NCBI GenBank assembly: GCA_964606695.1
Contig: CAZSHG010000005.1
Span: 35,410-67,409 of the forward strand
Length of the DNA stretch: 32,000 bases
Reading direction: 5' to 3'
Source: an uncultured bacterium
GTDB taxonomy: Bacteria > UBP14 > UBA6098
Position 1 is the first letter of the stretch. Each line of letters starts with the position of its first letter. The notes beneath the pieces are model-generated. The model had not been told where the DNA came from. It was given only the letters and a program-made list of their open reading frames with translations, and made no database searches. A program made the translations under genes and the position numbers. Positions 8,103 through 15,983 of this stretch are shown here, one piece after another.

Positions 8103-8519
8103 ATGTGTAGGCGCAGGAAATATAGATTCGGGTTTACTCTTATTGAATTAATGATAGTGGTCGTTATTCTGGGCCTACTCGCCGCTATCGCTATACCACG
8201 GTATCTTCGCGCGTCTAAAAAGAGTAAAGTTTCCGAGGCCAGCACTATTTTGAAACAGATATTCGTAGCCTCGATGGAATATTACGAGGCCAACGGTTGC
8301 TATCCTACCGAAGTCGATGATATCTTTGGCGAAGGCGAGGATGATCTTCCAGATTGTTTTATATTGAAACAACCAAGTGGAACGCCTCGTTTTCAATATA
8401 ATCTCGAAGGAGACGGTGGAGCTACAGCGAATCCCAATCTCGACGTTGACGGGTCATTGGTGGGAGTAACTAAGGTAAAAATCGATGAGGAAGGCGTCCT
8501 ATCCGGAGGCGAATTTTAG
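8103..8519 (+). CDS. Type IV pilin / type II secretion pseudopilin-like protein (prepilin N-terminal cleavage/methylation domain)
   Basis: Short basic leader MCRRRKYRFG, then the G|FTLIELMIVVVILGLLAAIAIP signature with Glu at +5. No other pilus genes lie nearby. Confidence 0.85.
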   Translation: MCRRRKYRFGFTLIELMIVVVILGLLAAIAIPRYLRASKKSKVSEASTILKQIFVASMEYYEANGCYPTEVDDIFGEGEDDLPDCFILKQPSGTPRFQYNLEGDGGATANPNLDVDGSLVGVTKVKIDEEGVLSGGEF

Positions 8520-8559
8520 AAGGGGTTGCCAACCTTCTTCTCACGCGCGGTCGGTTCTG

Positions 8560-9393
8560 CTAATATGGAATCGGCCGCGTAATATTTCCCATCCATAAAG
8601 CCATTTTTTTAAATGCAGATTCGCATTCAGGTTCATTCTGGATTTCGTGATGACATTCCGGGAAAAAGATATATTCGGCATTAACAGCTCGTTTGCAAAT
8701 ATCCTCAGTCGCTACTCGCGAAGTTATCCTGTCGTTACCGCCGTGAAGTAAAAGGACGGGGAAAGTTAGCTCTTCGGCTTTTTTAAGAAAATAAAGACCG
8801 GACCTTTGAATCATCGTGAACAAACCGGCCGAAATTCTACTGTGAACCAATTCATCGTCGTCGTGTTTTCTGCGGGAATCCTCCAGACGCGATAAATCCG
8901 CCGTCTTGAGATTGTTGTTGAACGTTACTGAAGGTGCGATATAAGACAATATTGACGCAAGCCCTCGCACGAAAGCGTTTGGCGGATTTATCAATTTTAA
9001 CCACGGACTCGTAGCGATTACACCGTCCACTTCCTCACCCCTTCGGATAGCGTAATTCAAAACGAGATTCCCGCCCATGCTGTGGCCGTAGAGAAATACG
9101 GGGTTTTCAGGATACTCTTTTTCAATGTGATCTAACCAGAGTTCGATATCATCCAGTAGGATTTTGTATGATGGCGCGTGCCCATGCTTTCCGCCTGATA
9201 ATCCATGCCCGCGAATATCCGGGATCAAAACCGCATATCCCCTTTCGAGAAAAAACTCGGCGACGTGCTCGTATCGCTCCGAATGTTCCCCAAGACCATG
9301 TTGGATAATGATTACAGCGTGCGGATTGTCGCACATAAAAAAGCGCCCGTTTAACTCGATTCCATCCGACGCTTTAATTCGCTCATTCCTCAT
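8560..9393 (-). CDS. Alpha/beta hydrolase (lysophospholipase / monoacylglycerol lipase-like)
   Basis: HGLGEHSERY oxyanion region, GHSMGG nucleophile elbow, LLLHGGNDRI, and a C-terminal HHE region. Confidence 0.8.
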   Translation of the reverse strand: MRNERIKASDGIELNGRFFMCDNPHAVIIIQHGLGEHSERYEHVAEFFLERGYAVLIPDIRGHGLSGGKHGHAPSYKILLDDIELWLDHIEKEYPENPVFLYGHSMGGNLVLNYAIRRGEEVDGVIATSPWLKLINPPNAFVRGLASILSYIAPSVTFNNNLKTADLSRLEDSRRKHDDDELVHSRISAGLFTMIQRSGLYFLKKAEELTFPVLLLHGGNDRITSRVATEDICKRAVNAEYIFFPECHHEIQNEPECESAFKKMALWMGNITRPIPY

Positions 9394-9415
9394 AAGTCGT
9401 TGATACTCAAGACTT

Positions 9416-9562
9416 CTTCAAACAGAAAGTAGTTTTCTTCAAATGGAAAGTAATTCTCTTCAAATGGAAAGTAGATTGCTTCAATGAAAGTGAAGATTAT
9501 TTCATCGGGAAAACCCGATATTTCGTCGAGTAAACACATTTCTTCAAGGATTGTCTCGCTTG
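9416..9562. repeat. Non-coding tandem array with 21-bp period (4 clear + 3 degenerate units)
   Basis: yTTCa recurs at 9416, 9437, 9458, 9479, 9500, 9521 and 9542. Clear units are cttcaaacagaaagtagtttt, cttcaaatggaaagtaattct, cttcaaatggaaagtagattg and cttcaatgaaagtgaagatta. Stop codons occur in the frames I checked, and no ORF of 60 aa or more is listed across the array. Confidence 0.75.
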
Positions 9563-9565
9563 ATA

Positions 9566-10597
9566 TCAGGCTTTTCGCTCGCGCGCCAGTAGCTTGCTAT
9601 ATTTCGCCGTATCGTTGATGATCCTCCCTGCGCCCATAACTACACAGGTTAGCGGATCGTCCACTACGTAAACCGGCAGATTCGTCTCTTCGCGAATGCG
9701 CTGATCCAGCCCGCGCAAAAGGCTTCCGCCACCGGTCATCACTATTCCCCTGTCCACTATGTCGCTGGCGAGTTCGGGGGGCGTCTGTTCGAGTGCCGAT
9801 CTTAGCGCTTGCATAATCAATCGCACCGGTTCGTCCAGAGCGTCGCGAATTTCCTTGCTCGATACTCGCAATGTCTTCGGCAGACCGTCTATGACATCGC
9901 GTCCCTTGACATCCATAAACTCCTCGCCGTCGGGCAACGGATACGCCGACCCGATTTGTATCTTCACGCTCTCAGCCATATTTTCGCCGATTGCCAGATT
10001 GTATTTCTTTTTGAGATACGTGATTATCGCCTCGTTCATCTCGTCGCCTGCGATGCGGATGCTCGTATTATTCACGATTCCCGATAGCGCGATGACCGCG
10101 ATTTCGCTCGTGCCACCGCCGATATCGACGATCATATTCCCTCGCGGCTCCTCCACCGGAATCCCCACTCCGATTGCCGCCGCCATAGGCTCATTGACGA
10201 GATACACATCCCTCGCGCCGGCGTTCTCAGCCGATTCCGTGACCGCACGCCGTTCGACCTCGGTAATCCCGCTGGGCACCGAAATAACTATGCGCGGCTT
10301 AATCAAGAACCGCTTGCGAATCACGCGTCGAATGAACTCGCGTAACATCTCCTCGGTCATCGTGAAATCCGCGATAACGCCGTCCTTGAGCGGACGCACC
10401 GCGCGTATATGCCCCGGCGTTCGGCCGAGCATCTCCTTGGCGTCGTCGCCGATAGCTATGACCTTGTTCGATTCGTTCTCTACCGCAACCACCGAAGGCT
10501 CGTTGAGGATAATCCCCCTCCCCTTCACGAAAATTAACGTGTTCGCGGTTCCAAGGTCGATCCCAATATCGTTTGAAAGCACGTCGAAAACTGGCAT
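9566..10597 (-). CDS. mreB: Rod shape-determining protein MreB
   Basis: [41 protein letters not shown] and [12 protein letters not shown] are canonical actin-fold MreB motifs. Confidence 0.96.
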   Translation of the reverse strand: MPVFDVLSNDIGIDLGTANTLIFVKGRGIILNEPSVVAVENESNKVIAIGDDAKEMLGRTPGHIRAVRPLKDGVIADFTMTEEMLREFIRRVIRKRFLIKPRIVISVPSGITEVERRAVTESAENAGARDVYLVNEPMAAAIGVGIPVEEPRGNMIVDIGGGTSEIAVIALSGIVNNTSIRIAGDEMNEAIITYLKKKYNLAIGENMAESVKIQIGSAYPLPDGEEFMDVKGRDVIDGLPKTLRVSSKEIRDALDEPVRLIMQALRSALEQTPPELASDIVDRGIVMTGGGSLLRGLDQRIREETNLPVYVVDDPLTCVVMGAGRIINDTAKYSKLLARERKA

Positions 10598-10718
10598 ATC
10601 ATCATCCTGTCGATACAGCCCAATGGCCGCAATTCAAATAGACTCACTAATATGATGTCGAATCGCGTCCAGCGCAACTATTTTTTCGCATAATAAAATC
10701 AAAACATAACTGACCGGG

Positions 10719-11264
10719 TTAAATTCCCTCACCCCCCAAAATCTCTACCAGCAATTCCTTGATTTCCGCGATACCCTCGCCATCAATCTTGCCATAATCA
10801 TAATACCGGACGATTCCACCACAATCGATAACTATGACGTTGCTCTCCTTATCAATGAAATCAAAATCGCGGAGCATCGCGCCATCCCAATCGCCGTAGA
10901 TTGGAACGCCACGCTCCTTCGACTGCTCGATTAACCTGCTCTTCCAGATTCCGGTCAGCGGCCAGACGGCGTCCGACGAATTCACCACCCCCGCACGGAC
11001 AATACGGCACTTCGTCGAATCGTCCTGCACATTGTAAAACTTCAGTAGTTCATTCGTGAGTTCCTGATTTTTCCCGATCGCATCGCGCGACAGATAGATG
11101 ATCACAGTAATCTTTCCGCGTATCGTCTCCGATGACAACACCTCGTCGTCGCCCGATGAAACCGAAAAATGCGGCGCACACGACCCAACATCCGGCCCCG
11201 GTTTGCCAAAAGCGATAACCGCACATGCAAGTGGAACAATGATTTTTGTCGATATATTTTTCAT
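10719..11264 (-). CDS. Secreted thioredoxin-fold protein, YtfJ/HI0045-like
   Basis: Signal peptide MKNISTKIIVPLACAVIAFG. The layout resembles my recollection of YtfJ (GKITVIIYLSRDAIGKNQELT..., VVNSSDAV, VIVIDCGGIV). The family assignment is from memory only. Confidence 0.45.
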   Translation of the reverse strand: MKNISTKIIVPLACAVIAFGKPGPDVGSCAPHFSVSSGDDEVLSSETIRGKITVIIYLSRDAIGKNQELTNELLKFYNVQDDSTKCRIVRAGVVNSSDAVWPLTGIWKSRLIEQSKERGVPIYGDWDGAMLRDFDFIDKESNVIVIDCGGIVRYYDYGKIDGEGIAEIKELLVEILGGEGI

Positions 11265-11374
11265 AGTAGTTTCGCAGTTAAATTAACTCGCCTACCAATT
11301 TATAATAACCATCGCATTTACGCCACATTTTTTTTTGATACGGACTCACACAAGCGCCTGCGTGTTCTCCAACT

Positions 11375-11488
11375 CGCGGGTGGTTCACGAACCGCCCCTT
11401 CGTCATTCCCGACTCGATCGGGCCTACACCTCGTAGAGAATCCAGGATTTCCTCGCCTTCTCTGGATTCCCGTCTTCACGGGAATGAC
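11375..11488. repeat. GC-rich nested-palindrome repeat element (REP/MITE-like)
   Basis: Outer inverted repeat gtcattcccg (11402-11411) / cgggaatgac (11479-11488). Inner inverted repeat gaatccag (11438-11445) / ctggattc (11462-11469). It is preceded by ggtggttcacgaaccgcc. It gives the spurious translations VIPVKTGIQ and WIPVFTGMT seen in the ORF track. Confidence 0.6.
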
Positions 11489-11565
11489 AATTAATGGTGA
11501 TGGTGACAGCGGAATTGAAGGGGTTGGGGTGTGCGGAGAGGGCGAATGTCTCCGGTTTCGCGCGT
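11489..11565 (-). pseudogene. Relic of a T9SS-type C-terminal sorting domain, stranded after the stop of the upstream LVIVD gene
   Basis: 11495-11563 matches 13224-13292 at about 85% by eye; the latter encodes EAFAISASPNPFNSAVSI in the paralog. The relic reads KPETFALSAHPNPFNSAVTITI in a frame different from the 11569..12936 CDS. It is cut off by the palindromic element at 11488. Confidence 0.6.
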
Positions 11566-11568
11566 TTT

Positions 11569-12936
11569 TCATTCTCCAACCGTTATCCTCCCGTTCCCAC
11601 TCGACAAGAACCAGTAGCCTTGCCCGGGTAAAAGCGAATCAGTTGCGAAATAATCCATGCCGTTCCAGCCAAAAAGCGGCGGAATACAGAGGCCGGGGGG
11701 CGTTGTCGTGATGTTGTGGCGGGTGATCGCGTGATCAACTGCGCCTATCAGATTCCAGCCGGGGTAAAGGGTGTCGGAATAGGTATCGAGGCCGCGCGAA
11801 AGTCCCACCGTGTCCTCGTCCATTGAGAGAACGAAATAGCCCTTGCCGGGATGAAGCGAATCGGCGGTGTAATAATCCGCAATCGCGGGATCGTAGCCGT
11901 AAGGCACGCTACCGAAAACCGTCCACGGCTGAGGCTCTGTGGTTGGTATTGAGAGAAGATTCCATCCGCGGCTTAGAGCAACATCGACATTGTTGAAGTA
12001 AGAGATGTCGAGAATGTAAAGACCGTAAAGTCTATCTGCCACAAAGGCGTAATCGCCGACTACATAGACTCCATCGACATGTCCATCTGTATTGTAGTAT
12101 CCGGTTAAAGAGGGTGCGGAGGGCGAGGAAATATCGATAACCTGAAGACCGGAATCACCATCCGCCACATAGGCGTAATCGCCGACTACATGGACTCCCC
12201 AGGCAAATCCACTCGTATTGAATGTGCCGGTTAAAGAGGGTGCGGAGGGTGTGGAAATATCGATAATCTGAAGACCGGCCTCATAATCCGCCACATAGGC
12301 ATAATCGCCTACTACATGGACTCCCACGGCAGATCCATCCGTATTGTATGTGCCGGTTAAAGTGGGTGCGGAGGGGGTGGATATATCGATAATCTGAAGA
12401 CTGGCAGAATCCGCCACATAGGCGTAATCTCCGACTACATGGACTCCATGGGCTCCTCCACTCGTATTGTATGTGCCGGTTAAAGTGGGTGCGGAGGGGG
12501 TGGAAATATCGATAATCTGAAGACCGTCATAACCATCCGCCACATAGGCGTAATCTCCGACTACATGGACTTCCACGGCAGATCCACTCGTATTGTATGT
12601 GCCGGTTAAAGAGGGTGCAGAGGGCGTGGAAATATCGATAATCTGAAGACCGGAAACCCTATCCGCCACATAGGCGTAGTCGCCGACAACATGGACACCA
12701 AAGGCAGTTCCACTCGTATTGTATGTGCCGGTTAAAGTGGGTGCGGAGGAGGTGGAAATATCGATAACCTGAAGACCGTCCAATCCATCCGCCACATAGG
12801 CATAATCGCCGACTACATGGACTCCATAGGCTCCTCCCGGCGTATCAATATGCCCGACAAGAGACACGTGCAGGGAGTCGGCGTGCAGGCTGGCGGCGAG
12901 GAGAAGCAGTGTTAATAATAGAATTGTGTTTTTCAT
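11569..12936 (-). CDS. Secreted LVIVD-repeat (7-blade beta-propeller-like) protein with a duplicated GWNL...PGxGYW C-terminal module
   Basis: Signal peptide MKNTILLLTLLLLAASLHA with SD aggag upstream. Seven 42-aa units of the form GVHVVGDYAYVAD..GLQIIDISTPSAP(S/T)LTGTYNTS. The C-terminus has two ~65-aa modules (RGWNLLSIP...PGKGYFVLS and PGWNLIGAV...PGQGYWFLS). Confidence 0.85.
   Translation of the reverse strand: MKNTILLLTLLLLAASLHADSLHVSLVGHIDTPGGAYGVHVVGDYAYVADGLDGLQVIDISTSSAPTLTGTYNTSGTAFGVHVVGDYAYVADRVSGLQIIDISTPSAPSLTGTYNTSGSAVEVHVVGDYAYVADGYDGLQIIDISTPSAPTLTGTYNTSGGAHGVHVVGDYAYVADSASLQIIDISTPSAPTLTGTYNTDGSAVGVHVVGDYAYVADYEAGLQIIDISTPSAPSLTGTFNTSGFAWGVHVVGDYAYVADGDSGLQVIDISSPSAPSLTGYYNTDGHVDGVYVVGDYAFVADRLYGLYILDISYFNNVDVALSRGWNLLSIPTTEPQPWTVFGSVPYGYDPAIADYYTADSLHPGKGYFVLSMDEDTVGLSRGLDTYSDTLYPGWNLIGAVDHAITRHNITTTPPGLCIPPLFGWNGMDYFATDSLLPGQGYWFLSSGNGRITVGE
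12000..12870. repeat. Intragenic 126-bp tandem repeats (LVIVD blades), paralog 1
   Basis: tccgccacataggcgtaatcgccgactacatggactcc-type segments start at 12161, 12287, 12410, 12536, 12662 and 12788. Confidence 0.9.
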
Positions 12937-12990
12937 GGCGGTCTCCTAATTTCGTTCAAGTTGTCTATACCTGAATTGAATATAATACCT

Positions 12991-14265
12991 CTACTTCAGA
13001 TACACAAGCCTTTTCGTAACGGATTCGGTCCCTGAGCCTGTCGAAGGGCCGACCATCGCGCGGACGAGGTAAATGCCGGAGGTGATTGAAGGCGATGGTT
13101 GCCAGACGAACCCCCTCTGTCCTTCGGACATCTCCCCCTTGCTAAGGGGGAGAACCAAAGAGGGCGTCGCGACGATTCTGCCGGATACATCGAATATCTC
13201 GATTTCCGCGCCCGCCGGGGCGGTTATGGAGACGGCGGAATTGAAGGGGTTGGGGGAGGCGGAAATGGCGAATGCCTCCGGTTTCTTGGAGGGCGTATTC
13301 TCCTCGATGCCGGTGGTGAAATAGGAAATGTCAAGGATGCAAAGACCGGGAGTATAATCCGCCACATAGGCGTAATCGCCGACTACATGGAGTCCAAGGG
13401 CAGATCCACTCGTATTGTAGTAGCCGGTTAAAGTGGGTGCGGAGGGCGTGGAAACATCGATAATCTGAAGACCTTCATCCCAATCCGCCACATAGGCGTG
13501 TTCGCCGACTACATGGACTCCATAGGCAAGTCCACTTGTATTGTATGTGCCGGTTAAAGAGGGTGCCGATGGCGTGGAAATATCGATTATCTGAAGACCG
13601 GCATCATCATCCGCCACATAGGCGTAATCGCGGACTACATGGACTCCAACGGCATATCCACTCGTATTGAACGTGCCGGTTAAAGTGGGTGCCGAGGGTG
13701 TGGAAATATCGATAATCTGAAGACCGGCAAGCCGATCCGCCACATAGGCGTAATCGTCGTCTACATGGACTCCATAGGCATAATCACTCGTATTGAACGT
13801 GCCGGTTAAAGAGGGTGCGGAGGGCGTGGAAACATCGATAATCTGAAGACCTTCATCATAATCCGCCACATAGGCGTAATCGCCGACTACACGGACTCCA
13901 TAGGCAGATCCACTCGTATAGTATGTGCCGGTTAAAGAGGGTGCGGAGGGTGTGGAAATATCGATAATCTGAAGACCGGAATCTCTAACCGCCACATAGA
14001 CGTAATCGCCGACTATATGGACTCCACTGGCGTATCCAGTCGTATTGAACGTGCCGGTTAAAGAGGGTGCTGCGGAGGGTGTGGAAATATCGATTATCTG
14101 AAGACCTTCATAACCATCCGCCACATAGGCGTAATCGCCGACTACATGGACTCCCCGGGCATCTCCCGGCGTATCTATATGCCCGGCAAGAGACACATGC
14201 AGGGAGTCGGCGTGCAGGCCGGCGGCGAGAGAAATCAGTGTTAATAATAGAATTGTGGTTTTCAT
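12991..14265 (-). CDS. Secreted LVIVD-repeat (7-blade) protein with T9SS-type C-terminal sorting domain
   Basis: The start is placed at Met66 of the listed ORF (MKTTILLLTLISLAAGLHA). This matches the paralog's signal peptide, and the nucleotide context ...ccgccATGaaa is the same. It has seven 42-aa LVIVD units. The C-terminus is SPNPFNSAVSITAPAGAEIEIFDVSGRIV...SGIYLVRA...KRLVYLK. Confidence 0.85.
   Translation of the reverse strand: MKTTILLLTLISLAAGLHADSLHVSLAGHIDTPGDARGVHVVGDYAYVADGYEGLQIIDISTPSAAPSLTGTFNTTGYASGVHIVGDYVYVAVRDSGLQIIDISTPSAPSLTGTYYTSGSAYGVRVVGDYAYVADYDEGLQIIDVSTPSAPSLTGTFNTSDYAYGVHVDDDYAYVADRLAGLQIIDISTPSAPTLTGTFNTSGYAVGVHVVRDYAYVADDDAGLQIIDISTPSAPSLTGTYNTSGLAYGVHVVGEHAYVADWDEGLQIIDVSTPSAPTLTGYYNTSGSALGLHVVGDYAYVADYTPGLCILDISYFTTGIEENTPSKKPEAFAISASPNPFNSAVSITAPAGAEIEIFDVSGRIVATPSLVLPLSKGEMSEGQRGFVWQPSPSITSGIYLVRAMVGPSTGSGTESVTKRLVYLK
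13330..14190. repeat. Intragenic ~126-bp tandem repeats (LVIVD blades), paralog 2
   Basis: The same ccgccacataggcgtaatcgccgactacatgga core recurs throughout, and it is shared with paralog 1. Confidence 0.9.
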
Positions 14266-14377
14266 GGCGGTTCCTTTCATATTCCTGGCTCCGGTTTGCT
14301 TTGGCAAATCCCGCCCGCGTGCGGGGTCTTTCTGCTGGGGGGAAACTTGCTTTTTGAATTGTGTTCGTTCGTATTTC

Positions 14378-14406
14378 AATATCTGTGTGAATTTTTGGAA
14401 AGTCAA
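14378..14406 (-). promoter_or_regulatory. Candidate sigma70-type promoter for LVIVD paralog 2
   Basis: On the minus strand: TTGACT (14406-14401), 17 nt, GATATT (14383-14378). This is about 110 nt upstream of the start at 14265. Confidence 0.3.
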
Positions 14407-14460
14407 TAAGAAAGTGGCGGTGGGGGAAAGTTTTTTACGCGGGGCGCAAGAGATTGCCAC

Positions 14461-14650
14461 GGGCTATCGCCCTCGCAATGACAGTGATGCGCGGGGAGAT
14501 TGTTTCGGGCTAAGGCTCTCGCAATGACAAAGAGCGGGAGGGCGCGGGGGCACCTCCCCTACGGCATCGCAATGACAGTGAGAGGGAGGGCAAATCCGTG
14601 GGGCTTCCTTCGGTCGGAGGCACCTCCCCGTTAAAAAGGGCGGCTGATTC
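14461..14650. repeat. Cluster of short GC-rich intergenic repeats (TCGCAATGACA x3, GGCACCTCCCC x2)
   Basis: tcgcaatgaca at 14473, 14519 and 14567. ggcacctcccc occurs near 14549 and 14619. These produce the spurious EIATGYRPRNDS-type translation in the ORF track. Confidence 0.65.
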
Positions 14651-14725
14651 GCCCCTGAAATTAAAGTAATCGTTGTTTGCGGAATCGAATCCGCGTAGCT
14701 GTTGAGCACCTAACGCCGTTGGTCG

Positions 14726-15871
14726 TTACCGACCGGCTTTTGCTTGCAGTTCGTCCGCCATATCGGTCTTTTCCCATGTGAATTCAGGGAGTTCGCGTCC
14801 AAAATGGCCGAATGCCGCGGTTTTGGCGAATATCGGTCTTCGCAGGTTCAGGTGGTCGATTATGGCTCGCGGCGTGAGCGGGAACACCTTACGGACGAGT
14901 TTGGTGAGTTCGGAATGCGGCAGTTTGCCTGTGCCGTAGGAGTTGACCATTATTCCCACCGGTTCCGCGACACCGATCGCGTATGCCAGCTGGATTTCGC
15001 ATTTATCGGCCAGCCCGGCCGCCACGATGTTCTTCGCGATATAGCGCACCATGTAGCTCGCCGACCTATCGACCTTGGTGGGGTCTTTGCCTGAGAACGC
15101 GCCGCCGCCGTGGCTCCCGACGCCGCCGTATGTATCGACGATGATCTTGCGCCCTGTGAGTCCGCTATCTGCGACCGGCCCGCCCAGGACGAAGCGTCCG
15201 GTAGGGTTGATATGGTAGTCGGTGTCGTCGTCGAGCATTTCATTGGGGATAACCGGTTTTATGACGTGTTTTTGAATTTCTTTACGCAGTTCGCCCAGCT
15301 CGATATCCTCGTCGTGTTGTGTGCTAACTACCACGGCCTGGACGCGTGCGGGTTTGCCGTCGTCGTATTCGACCGTAACCTGCGCCTTGCCGTCGGGTTT
15401 GAGCCAGGGTAACAATGCGCTTTCGCGCGCTTCCTTGAGTCGCATTGTCAGGCGGTGCGCGAGGGTAATCGGAAGCGGCATGAGGACTTCGGTTTCGTTG
15501 CTGGCGTAGCCGAACATGAGTCCCTGGTCGCCGGCGCCTTCCTTATCGACTCCCATGGCGATGTCGGGCGATTGTTTATCGATGATTGTGATGATCGCGG
15601 CGTTTTTCCAATGGAAGCCGAGATGTGGGTCGGTGTAGCCGATTCTACGGATCATATCTCGGGCGATAGCGGGAATATCGACGTAGGTTTCGGTGGTGAT
15701 TTCACCGCCGACGAGCACCATGCCGGTGGTAACGAAGGTTTCGCAGGCGACTCTGCCGGTAGGGTCGTCTTTCAGGACGGCGTCGAGAATGGAGTCGGAG
15801 ATCTGGTCGCATATCTTGTCGGGGTGGCCGTTGGTAACGCTTTCGGATGTGAAAAGAAATTTTTCCGTCAT
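14726..15871 (-). CDS. metK: S-adenosylmethionine synthetase
   Basis: [37 protein letters not shown], and DTYGG...[18 protein letters not shown]. Confidence 0.97.
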   Translation of the reverse strand: MTEKFLFTSESVTNGHPDKICDQISDSILDAVLKDDPTGRVACETFVTTGMVLVGGEITTETYVDIPAIARDMIRRIGYTDPHLGFHWKNAAIITIIDKQSPDIAMGVDKEGAGDQGLMFGYASNETEVLMPLPITLAHRLTMRLKEARESALLPWLKPDGKAQVTVEYDDGKPARVQAVVVSTQHDEDIELGELRKEIQKHVIKPVIPNEMLDDDTDYHINPTGRFVLGGPVADSGLTGRKIIVDTYGGVGSHGGGAFSGKDPTKVDRSASYMVRYIAKNIVAAGLADKCEIQLAYAIGVAEPVGIMVNSYGTGKLPHSELTKLVRKVFPLTPRAIIDHLNLRRPIFAKTAAFGHFGRELPEFTWEKTDMADELQAKAGR

Positions 15872-15908
15872 GTCTATCCTTTCGAGTGGATTCGATTTTC
15901 AAGATGCA

Positions 15909-15936
15909 AATTTAAAGGCGAATGCGCGATTGTCAA
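15909..15936 (-). promoter_or_regulatory. Candidate sigma70-type promoter for metK
   Basis: On the minus strand: TTGACA (15936-15931), 16 nt, TAAATT (15914-15909). The implied leader is ~35 nt and contains SD aaagga. Confidence 0.35.
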
Positions 15937-15983
15937 TAAATATTATCGCGTAAGCAGGAATCTTTTCGCCCAGAGCCATTATT

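Noticed and set aside
9759-10655. The 298-aa plus-strand ORF opposite mreB
   Set aside because: It is antisense to an unmistakable MreB. Its Ser/Ile/Arg-rich low-complexity translation is typical of shadow ORFs.
11169-11711. ORFs 11169..11711 (+) and 11318..11572 (-) as genes
   Set aside because: They span the palindromic repeat element and the sorting-domain relic. Their translations (GSRTAPS, WIPVFTGMT, VIPVKTGIQ) are the repeat read in different frames.
11495-13292. The ~85% identical segments 11495-11563 and 13224-13292 as a diversity-generating retroelement template/variable repeat pair
   Set aside because: The mismatches are not restricted to adenine positions in either copy. No reverse transcriptase or accessory gene is present. 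The simpler explanation is a paralog-derived relic of the C-terminal sorting domain.
12991-14460. The full 489-aa ORF, including the N-terminal MAISCAPRKK... extension
   Set aside because: The extension reads through promoter-like and hairpin sequence. The signal peptide, the nucleotide context and the paralog alignment all begin at Met66 (14265).
15872-15983. A SAM riboswitch upstream of metK
   Set aside because: Only 112 nt separate metK from the upstream gene, and the predicted leader after the candidate promoter is ~35 nt. I see no SAM-I four-way junction or kink-turn motifs. A tiny SAM-II or SAM/SAH-type pseudoknot cannot be excluded by eye, but nothing specific supports one.
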